Positions 11,342 through 23,187 of a stretch of 64,000 bases of DNA are shown piece by piece. Under the pieces are notes generated by a model. It saw only the letters and a list, made by a program, of their open reading frames with translations. It searched no databases and had not been told where the DNA came from. This DNA comes from Rhizobium sp. Q54. GTDB taxonomy: Bacteria > Pseudomonadota > Alphaproteobacteria > UBA2966 > CAIVPW01. How positions within the stretch are numbered: the stretch's first letter is position 1; each line of letters starts with the position of its first letter. The stretch lies in contig CAMEYM010000014.1 of assembly GCA_945947575.1 (NCBI GenBank), forward strand, positions 2,738-66,737. The letters run 5' to 3'. The translations under genes were made by a program, and so were the position numbers.

Positions 11342-12196
11342 CTAGAGGTGGGCCGGCAGGTGGCAGAGCCGGGCGCTGACGTCCCACAGGCGGGAGGCCG
11401 CTTGGTCATCCTGGGCCGCCGCCGATGGCGTCACCAGGGCGCGGCGCTCGTAGTAGCCACCGCTCGCGCCTGCTAGCTCCGGGGCGCTTGCAAGCCACAG
11501 CGGCGTGTCGGCGCCCTGCGCCGGGGAGAGCATGAACAGTTTGGCAAGCGGCGCCACCAGCGACACCCACGGGCCGATCTGCCAGATGTCGGTCGCCACC
11601 ATGCCGGGGTGGCAGCACGTGGCGGTCACCGACGATCCCGCCAGTTGTGTCGCCAGCGCGCGGGTGAACAGCACATTGGCGAGCTTGGACTGCGCATACG
11701 CCTCCCACGAGGAGTGGCCGCCGCGTTCGCGCTGCAGGTCGTCGAAGTCGATGCGTCCGCGAAAATGCGCGCTGGACGACACCGTGACGATGCGTCCCTG
11801 CTTGGCCGCGAGCAGACGGTCGCGCAACAAATGTGTGAGCAGGAACGGCGCCAGGTGATTCACGGCGAACGTCGTCTCATAGTGATCGGCCGACACCGTG
11901 CGGCGCCCTGTGGCGACGCCCGCGTTGTTCACCAGGACGTCGATGACCGGGTAGCGGTCGACCAGTTCGGCGCCGAGATGGCGCACGTCGGACAAGCGCG
12001 CGAAGTCGACGAAGAATGCATCGGCCTTGCCGCCTGCATCGTTGATGCGCACCCGCACGTCGTGGGTGCGCTCGATGTTCCGGCCGACGACCGCCACTGT
12101 CGCCCCCAGCTTGGCGAGACCGACGGCAGTCTCCGTGCCGATGCCCGCCGACGCGCCGGTGACGACGGCCACCTTCCCGGCCAGCGTTGCGCTCAC
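11342..12196 (-). CDS. SDR family oxidoreductase
   Basis: GTG at 12196 gives VSATLAGKVAVVTGASAGIGTE, the classic Rossmann motif TGxxxGxG, with NNAG and YxxxK (YAQSK) downstream. GTGA overlap with the ubiD stop. Confidence 0.8.
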   Translation of the reverse strand: MSATLAGKVAVVTGASAGIGTETAVGLAKLGATVAVVGRNIERTHDVRVRINDAGGKADAFFVDFARLSDVRHLGAELVDRYPVIDVLVNNAGVATGRRTVSADHYETTFAVNHLAPFLLTHLLRDRLLAAKQGRIVTVSSSAHFRGRIDFDDLQRERGGHSSWEAYAQSKLANVLFTRALATQLAGSSVTATCCHPGMVATDIWQIGPWVSLVAPLAKLFMLSPAQGADTPLWLASAPELAGASGGYYERRALVTPSAAAQDDQAASRLWDVSARLCHLPAHL

Positions 12197-13707
12197 GCTT
12201 TCCAGATCGGCTTGCCGCTGCCGGGCAGGCCGAGACGCGGCCACTTCTCCGTCACGGTGCGCACCACGTCGTCATCCATGCGGATGGGCGTGCCCCAGGT
12301 GCGATGGGTCTCCGGCGGCAGCTTGGTGGTGGCATCGAGGCCGATCTTGCCGCCGAGTCCGGATTCCGGCGAAGCGAAGTCGAGGTAGTCGATGGCGGTG
12401 CGTTCGGTCACCAGGATGTCGCGCGCCGGGTCCATGTTGACGGACACCGCCCACATCACGTCCTTCCAGTCGCGCACGTTGATGGTCTCGTCCACGACGA
12501 TGATCCACTTGGTGTAGAGGAACTGGCGCAGGTACGACCAGATGCCCATCATGATGCGGCGCGCCTGGCCCGCGTAGCGCTTCTTGATCGACACGACGGC
12601 GATGCGATAGCTGCACGCCTCCGGCGGTAGCCAGAAATCGACGATCTCCGGGAACTGCTGCTGCAGCAGCGGCACGAACACCTCATTCAGCGCCGCGCCG
12701 AGGATGCTCGGCTCGTCGGGCGGCCGCCCGGTGAAGGTCGAGAGATAGATCGGCTGCTTGCGCATGGTGATCGCCGATACCGTAAAGACCGGGAACGGCT
12801 CGACCGAGTTGTAGAAGCCGGTGTGATCGCCGTATGGCCCTTCGTCGCCGTAGTCCTCCAGCGACACCGTCCCCTCGATGACGATCTCCGCTTCGGCGGG
12901 GACCTTCAGTGGCACGGTCTTGCAGTCCACCAGATCGACGCGCGCGCCGCGCAGCAGTCCGGCAAACTGATACTCCGACAGAGTGTCCGGAACCGGCGTC
13001 ACCGCGGCGAGGATCGTGCCGGGATCGGCGCCGATCACCGCCGCCGCCGGCAGCGGTTCGCGCTTGGTCTTCTTCCAGCGGTCATGGTGCTGCGCGCCGC
13101 CGCGATGCTTGAGCCATCGCATCAGCGTGGTGCGCTTGCCCGTCACCTGCATGCGGTAGATGCCGAGGTTGAACGAATCCTCCGCCGTGTCGCCCGGCCC
13201 CCTGGTGACCACCAGCGGCCACGTGATGAGCGGCGCCGGCTCGTTCGGCCAGCAAGTCTGCACGGGAAGGCGGCCGAGATCGATTGCATCACCGGTCAGC
13301 ACGACTTCCTGGCACGGCGCCGATCCCTTGCGCGTGTGCGGGCGCATGGTCATGGCCTGCTTGACCAGCGGCAACATGTCGAAAGCCTCGCGCCATCCCG
13401 CCGGCGGCTCCGGCTGGCGCAGGAAGGCCAGCGTCTCGCCGAGCGCGCGCAAGTCCTTCGGCTCGCGCTCCATACCCCACGCCACGCGCTCGACGGTGCC
13501 GAACAGGTTGACCAGCACCGGCATCTCCGAGCGCGTGCCGTCGGCCTTCAACGCATGCTCGAAGATCACCGCCGGCCCGCCTTCGGCGAGCAGGCGCGTC
13601 TGGATCTCGGTCATCTCCAGGTTGGCGGACACCGGCTCACGCACGCGCACCAGCCGGCCGCTCTTCTCCAGGCGCGCGATGAAGTCGCGCAGCGAGGTGT
13701 ATGCCAT
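12193..13707 (-). CDS. ubiD: UbiD-family decarboxylase (4-hydroxy-3-polyprenylbenzoate decarboxylase)
   Basis: 504 aa with full-length UbiD homology (MAYTSLRDFIARLEKSGRLVRV...). Confidence 0.9.
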   Translation of the reverse strand: MAYTSLRDFIARLEKSGRLVRVREPVSANLEMTEIQTRLLAEGGPAVIFEHALKADGTRSEMPVLVNLFGTVERVAWGMEREPKDLRALGETLAFLRQPEPPAGWREAFDMLPLVKQAMTMRPHTRKGSAPCQEVVLTGDAIDLGRLPVQTCWPNEPAPLITWPLVVTRGPGDTAEDSFNLGIYRMQVTGKRTTLMRWLKHRGGAQHHDRWKKTKREPLPAAAVIGADPGTILAAVTPVPDTLSEYQFAGLLRGARVDLVDCKTVPLKVPAEAEIVIEGTVSLEDYGDEGPYGDHTGFYNSVEPFPVFTVSAITMRKQPIYLSTFTGRPPDEPSILGAALNEVFVPLLQQQFPEIVDFWLPPEACSYRIAVVSIKKRYAGQARRIMMGIWSYLRQFLYTKWIIVVDETINVRDWKDVMWAVSVNMDPARDILVTERTAIDYLDFASPESGLGGKIGLDATTKLPPETHRTWGTPIRMDDDVVRTVTEKWPRLGLPGSGKPIWKA

Positions 13708-13711
13708 CGGG

Positions 13712-14656
13712 TCAGCGGAACATCAGGAAGCCGCCGTAGACGTTGGCGACCACGACGGCGGCGAACACGAGAATCCCGAACGTGTGGTTGGAGCGGAACT
13801 TGGCGAGGCAATCGTCGGCGTCGTCCACCTTGAGGTCGGCGACCTGCCAGGCGAGGTGCATGCCGGTGGCGATGGCGAGTGCCGCGAACGGCAGAGTCGG
13901 CACCCCGGACAGCCACGCCGCGAAGCTGATGCACACGAACGCGACGCCATAGAACCCCGCCAGCCACTGCTTCACCCGCGCACCGAACAGCAGCGCGGTC
14001 GACTTCAGGCCGATCAACTGGTCGTCTTCTTTGTCCTGCAGCGCGTAGATGGTGTCGTAGCCGATCACCCAGGCGACGCAGCCGACGTAGAGCACCACCG
14101 GCGCCCAGCCGAGTTCACCGGCGAACGCCGCCCAGCCCATCAGCGCGCCCCACGAGAAGGCGAGGCCAAGGACCGCCTGCGGCCAGAACGTCACGCGCTT
14201 GGCGAACGGATAGATCGCGACGATCACCAGGGAGGCGAAGCCGAGCCCGATCGCGAACCGGTTGAAGGTGAGCAGCACGGCCAAGCCGACCAGCAGGAGC
14301 GCGATCAGCCACATGGTCGCGCTCCGCACCGACACCGCGCCCGACGCCAGCGGCCGCGTCGCGGTGCGCGCCACTCGCGCATCGATGTCGCGATCCACCA
14401 GGTCATTCCACACGCAGCCGGCGGCACGCATGGCGAATGCGCCAATCAGGAACAGCACCATCAGGATCGGATCCGGCAGCCCCTCGCCGTTGGCGCCGGC
14501 GCCGGTCACCGCCCAGCGCCAGCCGGTCGGCGCCTCCCGCGCCGCCATGGCGATCGACCACCAGCAAGGCCATAGCAGCAGCCATGCGCCGATCGGGCGG
14601 TCGAGCCGGGCCAGGCGCAGAAAGGGGCGCCAACGCTCGGGCGCCGCGCCGTCCAC
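13712..14656 (-). CDS. ubiA: 4-hydroxybenzoate polyprenyltransferase
   Basis: UbiA prenyltransferase motifs (LRLARLDRPIGAWLLLWP, NDLVDRDIDARVARTATRPLASG, YDTIYALQDKEDD). The start is uncertain: GTG at 14656 (VDGAAPERW...) or ATG at 14779. Confidence 0.85.
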   Translation of the reverse strand: MDGAAPERWRPFLRLARLDRPIGAWLLLWPCWWSIAMAAREAPTGWRWAVTGAGANGEGLPDPILMVLFLIGAFAMRAAGCVWNDLVDRDIDARVARTATRPLASGAVSVRSATMWLIALLLVGLAVLLTFNRFAIGLGFASLVIVAIYPFAKRVTFWPQAVLGLAFSWGALMGWAAFAGELGWAPVVLYVGCVAWVIGYDTIYALQDKEDDQLIGLKSTALLFGARVKQWLAGFYGVAFVCISFAAWLSGVPTLPFAALAIATGMHLAWQVADLKVDDADDCLAKFRSNHTFGILVFAAVVVANVYGGFLMFR

Positions 14657-14889
14657 CCAGTTGCCGGGGGCGGCGTCAAGGGCCGGCCGGGCGGACGCGA
14701 GCGTCTCTTTGTATGGCTCCACCCCATATGTGTACCGGGAACGGCGGGGGGGCTCAAACCGCCGCCATCTCCCGCCCATGGGACCCCCGCTCACGATCTA
14801 CGGTTGAGATTCCGCTTCGGCGCCCTTACCTCTCGCACGGGCAGTCCTCTTCCCGGGGATGGTCGCTAGACTGGAGAACAGAGCCACGC

Positions 14890-16260
14890 ATGGGAATCAT
14901 CCAGTCACTCTCTCCGCCGGTCGAGTCGAAGGCCGACCTCATCGCCCATATCGCGGCGGGCTCGAAGCCGCGCAACGATTGGCGTATCGGCACCGAGCAC
15001 GAGAAGTTCGGCTACCGCACCTCCGACCTGTCGCCGATGCCCTACGAAGGCGAGGACGGCATCAACGCGATGCTCGAGGGACTCATCGAGCGCTATGGCT
15101 GGCGGCCGGTGCGCGAGCGCGGCAACATCATCGCCCTGTCGTTCGGCAAGCAGACGGTGACGCTCGAGCCCGGTGGCCAACTCGAGCTGTCTGGCTCGCC
15201 CCTCAAGACCATCCATGACACCTGTATCGAGGTGAACACCCACCTGCGCCAGGTCAAGACGATCTCCGAAGACCTAGGCGTGGCGTTCCTCGGTGTCGGC
15301 TTCCAGCCGAAGTGGAAGCTCGCCGATATCGCGGTGATGCCGAAGCAGCGCTACGGCGTCATGCGCAAGTACATGCCGACCAGGGGCGCGCACGGTCTCG
15401 ACATGATGTTCCGCACCTGCACCGTGCAGGTGAACCTCGACTTCGCATCCGAAGCCGACATGGTGAAGAAGTTCCGCACCTCGCTGGCGTTGCAGCCGGT
15501 CGCGACCGCACTGTTCGCCAACTCGCCGTTCACGGAGGGCAAGCCGAACGGCTACCAGAGCTTCCGCAGCCACATCTGGCAGGACACCGATCCCGACCGC
15601 ACCGGTATTCCGGCCTTCGTGTTCGAGAGCGGCATGAGCTTCGAGCGCTACGTCGATTGGGCGCTGACAGTGCCGATGTATTTCGTAGTGCGCAACGGCA
15701 CCTACATGCCGATCTACGGCAAGCAGACCTTCGCCGACTTCATGCAAGGGCGCCTCGACGTGCTGCCCGGCGAACGGCCCACACTCGACGACTGGGCGAC
15801 GCACCTCACCACGCTGTTCCCGGAAGTGCGCTTGAAGCAGTTCCTGGAGATGCGCGGCACCGACGGCGGGCCGTGGGGCCGCCTGTGCGCGCTGCCCGCC
15901 CTGTGGGTCGGCATTCTCTACGACACCACGGCGCTCGACGCTGCCTACGACCTCATCAAGGACTGGACCGCCGCCGAACGCGAAGCCCTGTATCGCGCCG
16001 TGCCGCGCCTCGGCCTCGACGCGCCGGCCCCCGGCGGGCGCAAGGTCCTCGATCTGGCGCGCCAGATGCTCGCCATCGCCGAGGCGGGACTGCGCGCCCG
16101 CGACTGCTGCAGTCAGCGCGGCCGCGACGAATGCATCTATCTCGATCCGCTCAAGGAGATCGCCGCCAGCGGCAAGACCGCCGCGACCAACCTCCTCGAG
16201 AAGTTCCACGGACCGTGGGGCGGATCAATCGATCCGCTGTTCCGCGAATACGCCTACTAG
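14890..16260 (+). CDS. gshA: glutamate--cysteine ligase (GCS2, plant/alphaproteobacterial type)
   Basis: 456 aa from MGIIQSLSPPVESKADLIAHIAAGSK with GCS2-family homology throughout. The upstream 150 codons of the track ORF are discarded because they overlap ubiA on the opposite strand. Confidence 0.9.
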   Translation: MGIIQSLSPPVESKADLIAHIAAGSKPRNDWRIGTEHEKFGYRTSDLSPMPYEGEDGINAMLEGLIERYGWRPVRERGNIIALSFGKQTVTLEPGGQLELSGSPLKTIHDTCIEVNTHLRQVKTISEDLGVAFLGVGFQPKWKLADIAVMPKQRYGVMRKYMPTRGAHGLDMMFRTCTVQVNLDFASEADMVKKFRTSLALQPVATALFANSPFTEGKPNGYQSFRSHIWQDTDPDRTGIPAFVFESGMSFERYVDWALTVPMYFVVRNGTYMPIYGKQTFADFMQGRLDVLPGERPTLDDWATHLTTLFPEVRLKQFLEMRGTDGGPWGRLCALPALWVGILYDTTALDAAYDLIKDWTAAEREALYRAVPRLGLDAPAPGGRKVLDLARQMLAIAEAGLRARDCCSQRGRDECIYLDPLKEIAASGKTAATNLLEKFHGPWGGSIDPLFREYAY

Positions 16261-16266
16261 ACCCCG

Positions 16267-16941
16267 ATGGACGGCGTGCCCCCGGCGGTACCGAAGTGGA
16301 GCGAGGACCCGTCCGATAGCCCGCACCAGCGCGGCAACTCCGGCTGCTTTGTCGTCACCGACATCGAGACCGATGGCCCGCAGCCCGGCGAGAATTCCAT
16401 GCGCAGCTTCGCCTCGGTCGCGGTCACCGAGCAGGGCGAGGTGATCGGCACGTTCGAGGGCTGCCTTGCGCCGCTCGAAGGCGCCACGCCATTGCCGGCG
16501 ACGCTGGCTTGGCTGCAGAGTCAGCCCGGCGTGTGGGCGGATCTGACGCGCGACCCGCGTCCCGCGGTCGAGGTGATGACCAGGTTCGCCGAGTGGGTGC
16601 GCGCGCTGCCGCACGAGCCGGTGTTCACATCGCATCCGCTCGCCTTCGACGGTTTCTGGATCGACTGGTACCTGCGCCGCACGCTCGGCCTGCGCCTGGA
16701 TCGTGGTCCCTATCCGGGCGAGCGCCTGTTCTACGGCGCGGGACTCGACCTCCCCAGTCTCATCATGGGCGTCACCGGCTGGGACTATGCCCAGTGCCGC
16801 CGCCAGAACTATCCGGACGCATGGTTCGGCGGACATCCGCACAGTCATCGCGCCATCGACGACGCCATGGGCTACGCCAGCATCCTCATCGAGATGTTGC
16901 GGCGCATGCGTACCAAGGTGCCCGAGGACGCGCGTACGTGA
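16267..16941 (+). CDS. DEDDh-type 3'-5' exonuclease domain protein
   Basis: Exo I/II/III motifs FVVTDIETDG, HPLAFDGFWI and HRAIDDAMGYASIL; 224 aa. Confidence 0.7.
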   Translation: MDGVPPAVPKWSEDPSDSPHQRGNSGCFVVTDIETDGPQPGENSMRSFASVAVTEQGEVIGTFEGCLAPLEGATPLPATLAWLQSQPGVWADLTRDPRPAVEVMTRFAEWVRALPHEPVFTSHPLAFDGFWIDWYLRRTLGLRLDRGPYPGERLFYGAGLDLPSLIMGVTGWDYAQCRRQNYPDAWFGGHPHSHRAIDDAMGYASILIEMLRRMRTKVPEDART

Positions 16942-17582
16942 TCGAGCCGGAAGCGTTCATCCGCGCCCATACCACCGTCGGCACTGCGGCGCTCGTTCCC
17001 GAAATCCAGCTCTGTCTCGCCAACGAGATCACGCCGCTGTGGCAGGACCTCGAGGCGTGGCTTGGCACCCCCAACATCTCACCGCCCTATTGGGCATTCG
17101 TGTGGCCAGGCGGGCAGGCGCTGACGCGCTATCTGCTCGACCATCCCGAATTGGTGCGCGGCCGCCGGGTCCTCGATCTCGCCGCAGGCTGCGGCGTCAG
17201 CGCCATCGCCATGGCGAAGGGCGGCGCGCGCGTCGATGCGAGCGAGATCGATCCGGTCGCGGGGGTGGCCATCGGTCTCAACGCCGCGCTCAACGGAGTC
17301 ACGGTCGATGTATTGATGGAGGACCTGACCGATCGCGAGGCGGCGGCGTGGAACGTCATCGTCGCCGGCGACGTTTGCTATGAGAAAGGGATGACCGAGG
17401 CGGTCTTCCCGTGGCTGCAACAAGCGGCGCGCAACGGCGCCACCGTGCTGATGGCCGACCCTGGACGCGACTACGTCCCCCGCCACGGGCTCGTCGAAGT
17501 CGGACGCTATCTCGTGCAGACCAGCCTCGACCTAGAGCGCGGCGAGCGCCGCGACACGATGATCTACCGGGTGGGCGACTAG
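16938..17582 (+). CDS. class I SAM-dependent methyltransferase, METTL20/ETF-beta lysine methyltransferase-like
   Basis: GTG at 16938 overlaps the exonuclease stop (GTGA). It carries PYWAFVWPGGQAL and VLDLAAGCGVSAIA (motif I), which resemble the METTL20 family (from memory). Confidence 0.68.
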   Translation: MIEPEAFIRAHTTVGTAALVPEIQLCLANEITPLWQDLEAWLGTPNISPPYWAFVWPGGQALTRYLLDHPELVRGRRVLDLAAGCGVSAIAMAKGGARVDASEIDPVAGVAIGLNAALNGVTVDVLMEDLTDREAAAWNVIVAGDVCYEKGMTEAVFPWLQQAARNGATVLMADPGRDYVPRHGLVEVGRYLVQTSLDLERGERRDTMIYRVGD

Positions 17583-17614
17583 GCCGACCGGGCCCCGTCG
17601 AGCGGGAGGCGCGC

Positions 17615-19099
<1,485 letters not shown>

Positions 19100-19242
19100 C
19101 AGGCGGCTCCTGGGATGGAAGGGGTAGGCGACTCCGCCAAAGATAGGGAGTCCATGGCCGCTTTGCCATGACGGGAGGGGCTCATCCCGGCGGGCGCGCG
19201 GCCGTCCGGCCAACCCCGAGTTCAAGACCATCCCACCTGCGA

Positions 19243-19259
19243 TGCGACACTATGTCGCA
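19243..19259. promoter_or_regulatory. palindrome TGCGACA-CTA-TGTCGCA upstream of coxB; candidate RegR/PrrA/ActR-type response-regulator box
   Basis: A perfect 7-bp inverted repeat. It matches 14 of 15 positions of the Bradyrhizobium RegR box GNGRCRTTNNGNCGC. The 10-mer TGCGACACTA recurs at 19330-19339. Confidence 0.35.
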
Positions 19260-19559
19260 ATAGTGAATCGCCTTGAATTCCCTCGCTTTTCCGCCGTTCA
19301 AGAGGACGTGCGCGGGGCCCGCCTGGGCCTGCGACACTAGGGAAAGTGGTGCCTTGGGGACAGACCCTGATGTACTCTCGACCGCTGTCTGCCGGCGTGC
19401 CCTCGGGGGTGCGCCCGCGCGGACGTCGGCGGTCGGGCTACGCCCACGGTGGGGGTGCGGCAAGGCTGAGCTTGGGCTGAATCGGTGCGTCCGCTCGGGA
19501 CGTGGCCGGCGGCGCAAGGCTAAGGATGGTCAGCTCAGGACCAAGGGGAGAGGGCGTTC

Positions 19560-20474
19560 ATGATGATGGTACGTAAGGCAGCGGGCGCATTTGTGGCCGT
19601 TGCGGTCGCGATGCTGGCCATGGCCCAGTCGGCTCTGGCGCAGGCCGGGTTTGGTGCACCCACACCCTGGCAGATGAATTTCCAGGAGCCCGCCACGCCG
19701 GTCATGGCCGAGATCGTGACGTTCCACAACTTCCTGACCGTTCTGATCACGGTCATCTCGCTCTTCGTGCTCGGGTTGCTCCTCTACATCATCTGGCGCT
19801 TCAACGCGAAAGCGAACCCGGTCCCGTCGAAGAACACCCACAACACCATGTTGGAGGTTGTGTGGACGGTGATCCCGGTCGCCATCCTGGTGATCATGGC
19901 GATCCCGTCGTTCCGCATCCTCTACAAGTCGGACGTGGTGCCTGACGTCGCGAAGGTTCGCCAGTGGTACCCCGAGATCAACGTCGCCGCGAATCCGATC
20001 GACATCAAGGCGACCGGCAACCAGTGGTTCTGGTCCTACGAGTATCCGGCCGAGCGCGTCCGCTTCGACTCGTTCTGCGGCATGGGCCCGATCGAGGGCG
20101 CCTGCTTCGAGCAGCCGGGGCCGCAAGGTGCTCCTGCCAACCGTCCGCGCCTCCTCGAGACCACCGAGCACGTCTTGGTCCCGGTCAACACGCTGGTGCG
20201 TCTGCTGGTCGTCGGCCAGGACGTCATCCACGCTTGGGCGATACCGGCGTTCGGCGTGAAGATCGACGCCGTGCCGGGCCGAACCAACGAAGCTTGGTTC
20301 ATCGCAACCCGCGAAGGCACGTACTTCGGTCAGTGCTCCGAGCTTTGTGGCCAGGGTCATGGCTACATGCCGATCACCGTCGAGGTCGTCTCGCGCGCCC
20401 GCTACGACGCTTGGGTCGGGCAGAAGCGCGCTGACCTTGCGGTCAAGGACGGCATCAAGTTCGCAGCGAACTAA
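19560..20474 (+). CDS. coxB: cytochrome c oxidase subunit II
   Basis: Signal peptide, two TM helices and the CuA site ([18 protein letters not shown]...[12 protein letters not shown]). There is an AGGGGAGAGGG Shine-Dalgarno upstream. Confidence 0.95.
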   Translation: MMMVRKAAGAFVAVAVAMLAMAQSALAQAGFGAPTPWQMNFQEPATPVMAEIVTFHNFLTVLITVISLFVLGLLLYIIWRFNAKANPVPSKNTHNTMLEVVWTVIPVAILVIMAIPSFRILYKSDVVPDVAKVRQWYPEINVAANPIDIKATGNQWFWSYEYPAERVRFDSFCGMGPIEGACFEQPGPQGAPANRPRLLETTEHVLVPVNTLVRLLVVGQDVIHAWAIPAFGVKIDAVPGRTNEAWFIATREGTYFGQCSELCGQGHGYMPITVEVVSRARYDAWVGQKRADLAVKDGIKFAAN

Positions 20475-20500
20475 TCAGGTTTAGGGCGAGGGAAACCAAC

Positions 20501-22099
20501 ATGAGCAGCGCATACGGCGGAGCGCACGACGCACACGCCCATCACGGCCCGACGGGCTGGAAGCGGTGGGCCTATTCGACGAACCACAAAGACATCGGCA
20601 CGATGTATCTCATCTTTGCCTGCATCTTTGGCATCGTCGGCGGCCTCATCTCGATCCTCATCCGGTACGAGTTGCAGGAACCCGGCATGCAAATGCTGGC
20701 GGAAGGCGACTACCACCAGTTCAATGTGTTCACGACCGCCCACGGCCTGATCATGGTGTTCTTCCTGATCATGCCGGCGCTGATCGGCGGCTTCGGCAAC
20801 TGGTTCATCCCGCTCATGATCGGGGCGCCCGACATGGCGTTCCCGCGCCTCAACAACATGAGCTTCTGGTTCATGATCCCGTCGTCGATCATGCTGGTCG
20901 GCTCGGTGTTCGCGGGTGACGGTGCCGGTACCGGCTGGACGGTCTACGCGCCGCTGTCGACCTCCGGCCATTCCGGCCCGTCGGTCGATATGGCGATCCT
21001 GGCGCTCCATCTCGCGGGCGCATCGTCGATCCTGTCCTCGGTCAACTTCATCACGACGATCTTCAACATGCGCGCGCCGGGCATGACCCTGCACCGCATG
21101 CCGCTGTTCGTCTGGTCGCAGCTGATCACCACCTTCCTGCTGCTGCTGTCGCTGCCGGTTCTGGCGGGCGCCATCACCATGCTGCTGACGGACCGCAACT
21201 TCGGCACCGCGTTCTATGACGCGGCCCGCGGCGGCGATCCGATCCTCTACCAGCACTTGTTCTGGTTCTTCGGCCACCCCGAGGTGTACGTGCTCGTGCT
21301 GCCGGCCTTCGGCATCGTCAGTCACGTCGTCGCGACGTTCTCGAAGAAGCCGATCTTCGGCTACCTCAGCATGGCGTACGCGATGCTCGCGATCGGCGCC
21401 GTCGGCTTCATCGTGTGGGCGCACCACATGTATACGGCCGGCATGAGCGTCGATACCGAGGCTTACTTCCTCGCGGCGACGCTCGTTATCGCCGTGCCGA
21501 CCGGCATCAAGATCTTCAGCTGGTTGGCCACCATGTGGGGCGGCTCGATCGAGTTCAAGACGCCGATGCTGTGGGCGGTGGGCATGATCTTCATGTTCAC
21601 GGTCGGCGGCGTCACCGGCGTCGTGCTGGCGAACTCGCCGGTCACCACCGCGTTCCACGACACCTATTACGTCGTGGGTCATTTCCACTACGTGATGGCG
21701 ATGGGCGCGCTCTTCGGCATCTTCTCCGGCTGGTACTACTGGATCGGCAAGATGAGCGGCCGCCAGTACAACGAGACTCTCGGCAAGTGGCACTTCTGGT
21801 TGACCATGGTTGGCGTCAACCTGACGTTCTTCCCGATGCACTTCTCGGGCCTCGCCGGCATGCCGCGCCGCATCCCGGATTATCCGGATGCGTTCTCCGG
21901 CTGGAACTACGTCTCCTCGATCGGCTCCTACATCTCGTTCGCGGCGGCGCTATTCTTCGTCTACATCGCCATCAAGACGATCACGAGCGGCGAGCGCGTC
22001 GGTGCGAACTACTGGGGTGAGGGCGCGACCGGCCTCGAGTGGACGGTCGACTCGCCGGCCCCGCACCACACCCACGAGACCATGCCGCACGTTCACTAG
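20501..22099 (+). CDS. coxA: cytochrome c oxidase subunit I
   Basis: 532 aa haem-copper oxidase subunit I with 12 TM helices and WFFGHPEVY. Confidence 0.96.
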   Translation: MSSAYGGAHDAHAHHGPTGWKRWAYSTNHKDIGTMYLIFACIFGIVGGLISILIRYELQEPGMQMLAEGDYHQFNVFTTAHGLIMVFFLIMPALIGGFGNWFIPLMIGAPDMAFPRLNNMSFWFMIPSSIMLVGSVFAGDGAGTGWTVYAPLSTSGHSGPSVDMAILALHLAGASSILSSVNFITTIFNMRAPGMTLHRMPLFVWSQLITTFLLLLSLPVLAGAITMLLTDRNFGTAFYDAARGGDPILYQHLFWFFGHPEVYVLVLPAFGIVSHVVATFSKKPIFGYLSMAYAMLAIGAVGFIVWAHHMYTAGMSVDTEAYFLAATLVIAVPTGIKIFSWLATMWGGSIEFKTPMLWAVGMIFMFTVGGVTGVVLANSPVTTAFHDTYYVVGHFHYVMAMGALFGIFSGWYYWIGKMSGRQYNETLGKWHFWLTMVGVNLTFFPMHFSGLAGMPRRIPDYPDAFSGWNYVSSIGSYISFAAALFFVYIAIKTITSGERVGANYWGEGATGLEWTVDSPAPHHTHETMPHVH

Positions 22100-22126
22100 A
22101 ACACTGCACGCACGGTCTCAGGTGTC

Positions 22127-23062
22127 ATGAGTACAACTCCGACGTCCGGAGTGAACGTTGTCCGCGGTGTCGCCGCCCAGGGTTGGGTCGGCGACACTGC
22201 GGTCGGCGACTACTTCGCCCTTCTGAAGCCGCGGGTGATGAGCCTCGTGGTCTTCACCGCCCTCGCCGGAATGGTGGTGGCGCCGGGTTCCATCCATCCG
22301 ATCCTCGGCTTCGTTGCGATCCTTTGCATCGCCATGGGCGCGGGCGCCTCGGGCGCCCTGAACATGTGGTACGACGCCGACCTCGACGGGCGCATGGCGC
22401 GCACCGCCAATCGTCCTATTCCGGCCGGCCGCGTGCCGCGCGGCGACGCGCTGGTGATGGGCATCGGCCTGTCGGTCGGCTCCGTCGTCATGCTCGGCTT
22501 GTCCGTCGACTGGACCGCCGGGGCGCTGCTGGCCTTCACGATCTTCTTCTACGTCGTCGTCTATTCGATGTGGCTCAAGCGGCGCACGCCGCAGAACATC
22601 GTCATCGGCGGCGCCGCCGGTGCCTTCCCGCCGATGATCGGCTGGGTCGCGGCGACTCATTCCATCGACCTCGGCGCGGTCGTCCTGTTCCTCATCATCT
22701 TCTTGTGGACGCCGCCCCACTTCTGGGCGCTGGCTCTCCTGAAGAGCGAGGAATACGCCAAGAACGGCATCCCAATGATGCCGGTGGTGAAGGGCGTTGC
22801 CCGCACCAAGATCGAAATGGTCGTCTATAGCGTGCTGGTTGCCGTGACCGGCGTCTTGCCGAGCTTCCTCGACATGGCCAGCATGGTCTACGGCGGCTTC
22901 GCCGCGCTGCTGGGCGCCGCCTTCGTCGCCTTCTCGCTCATCGTCTTGCGCACCTCCGACCCGGTGTGGCCGAAGCGCATGTACGGCTTCTCGATCCTCT
23001 ATCTGATGCTGCTGTTCGCTTTCCTGCTGGTGGAGGGCGGAGCGCAGGCTCTGGCGTCGTGA
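22127..23062 (+). CDS. ctaB: protohaem IX farnesyltransferase (haem O synthase)
   Basis: UbiA superfamily CyoE/CtaB ([21 protein letters not shown]...). Confidence 0.9.
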   Translation: MSTTPTSGVNVVRGVAAQGWVGDTAVGDYFALLKPRVMSLVVFTALAGMVVAPGSIHPILGFVAILCIAMGAGASGALNMWYDADLDGRMARTANRPIPAGRVPRGDALVMGIGLSVGSVVMLGLSVDWTAGALLAFTIFFYVVVYSMWLKRRTPQNIVIGGAAGAFPPMIGWVAATHSIDLGAVVLFLIIFLWTPPHFWALALLKSEEYAKNGIPMMPVVKGVARTKIEMVVYSVLVAVTGVLPSFLDMASMVYGGFAALLGAAFVAFSLIVLRTSDPVWPKRMYGFSILYLMLLFAFLLVEGGAQALAS

Positions 23063-23187
23063 CGAGCGACGATGGCCGCAAGGACGCGCGGCGCCGCTCG
23101 AAGAACTTGGTGGTCGGCCTCGCGTTGGCCGCGTTCGTGATCTTGGTATTCCTGGTAACGCTGGTGCGGTTGGGACAACAGAACTGA
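23059..23187 (+). CDS. tiny single-TM protein between ctaB and ctaG (CoxF-like)
   Basis: GTG at 23059 (GTGA overlap with the ctaB stop) gives [42 protein letters not shown]. Its stop overlaps the ctaG ATG (TGATG). Operon position and coupling support it; homology is unverified. Confidence 0.4.
   Translation: MTSDDGRKDARRRSKNLVVGLALAAFVILVFLVTLVRLGQQN

Noticed and set aside
19182-19563. ORFs of 96-111 aa inside the tldD-coxB spacer
   Set aside because: No Shine-Dalgarno, biased composition, and they span the putative regulatory palindromes; more likely non-coding promoter region.
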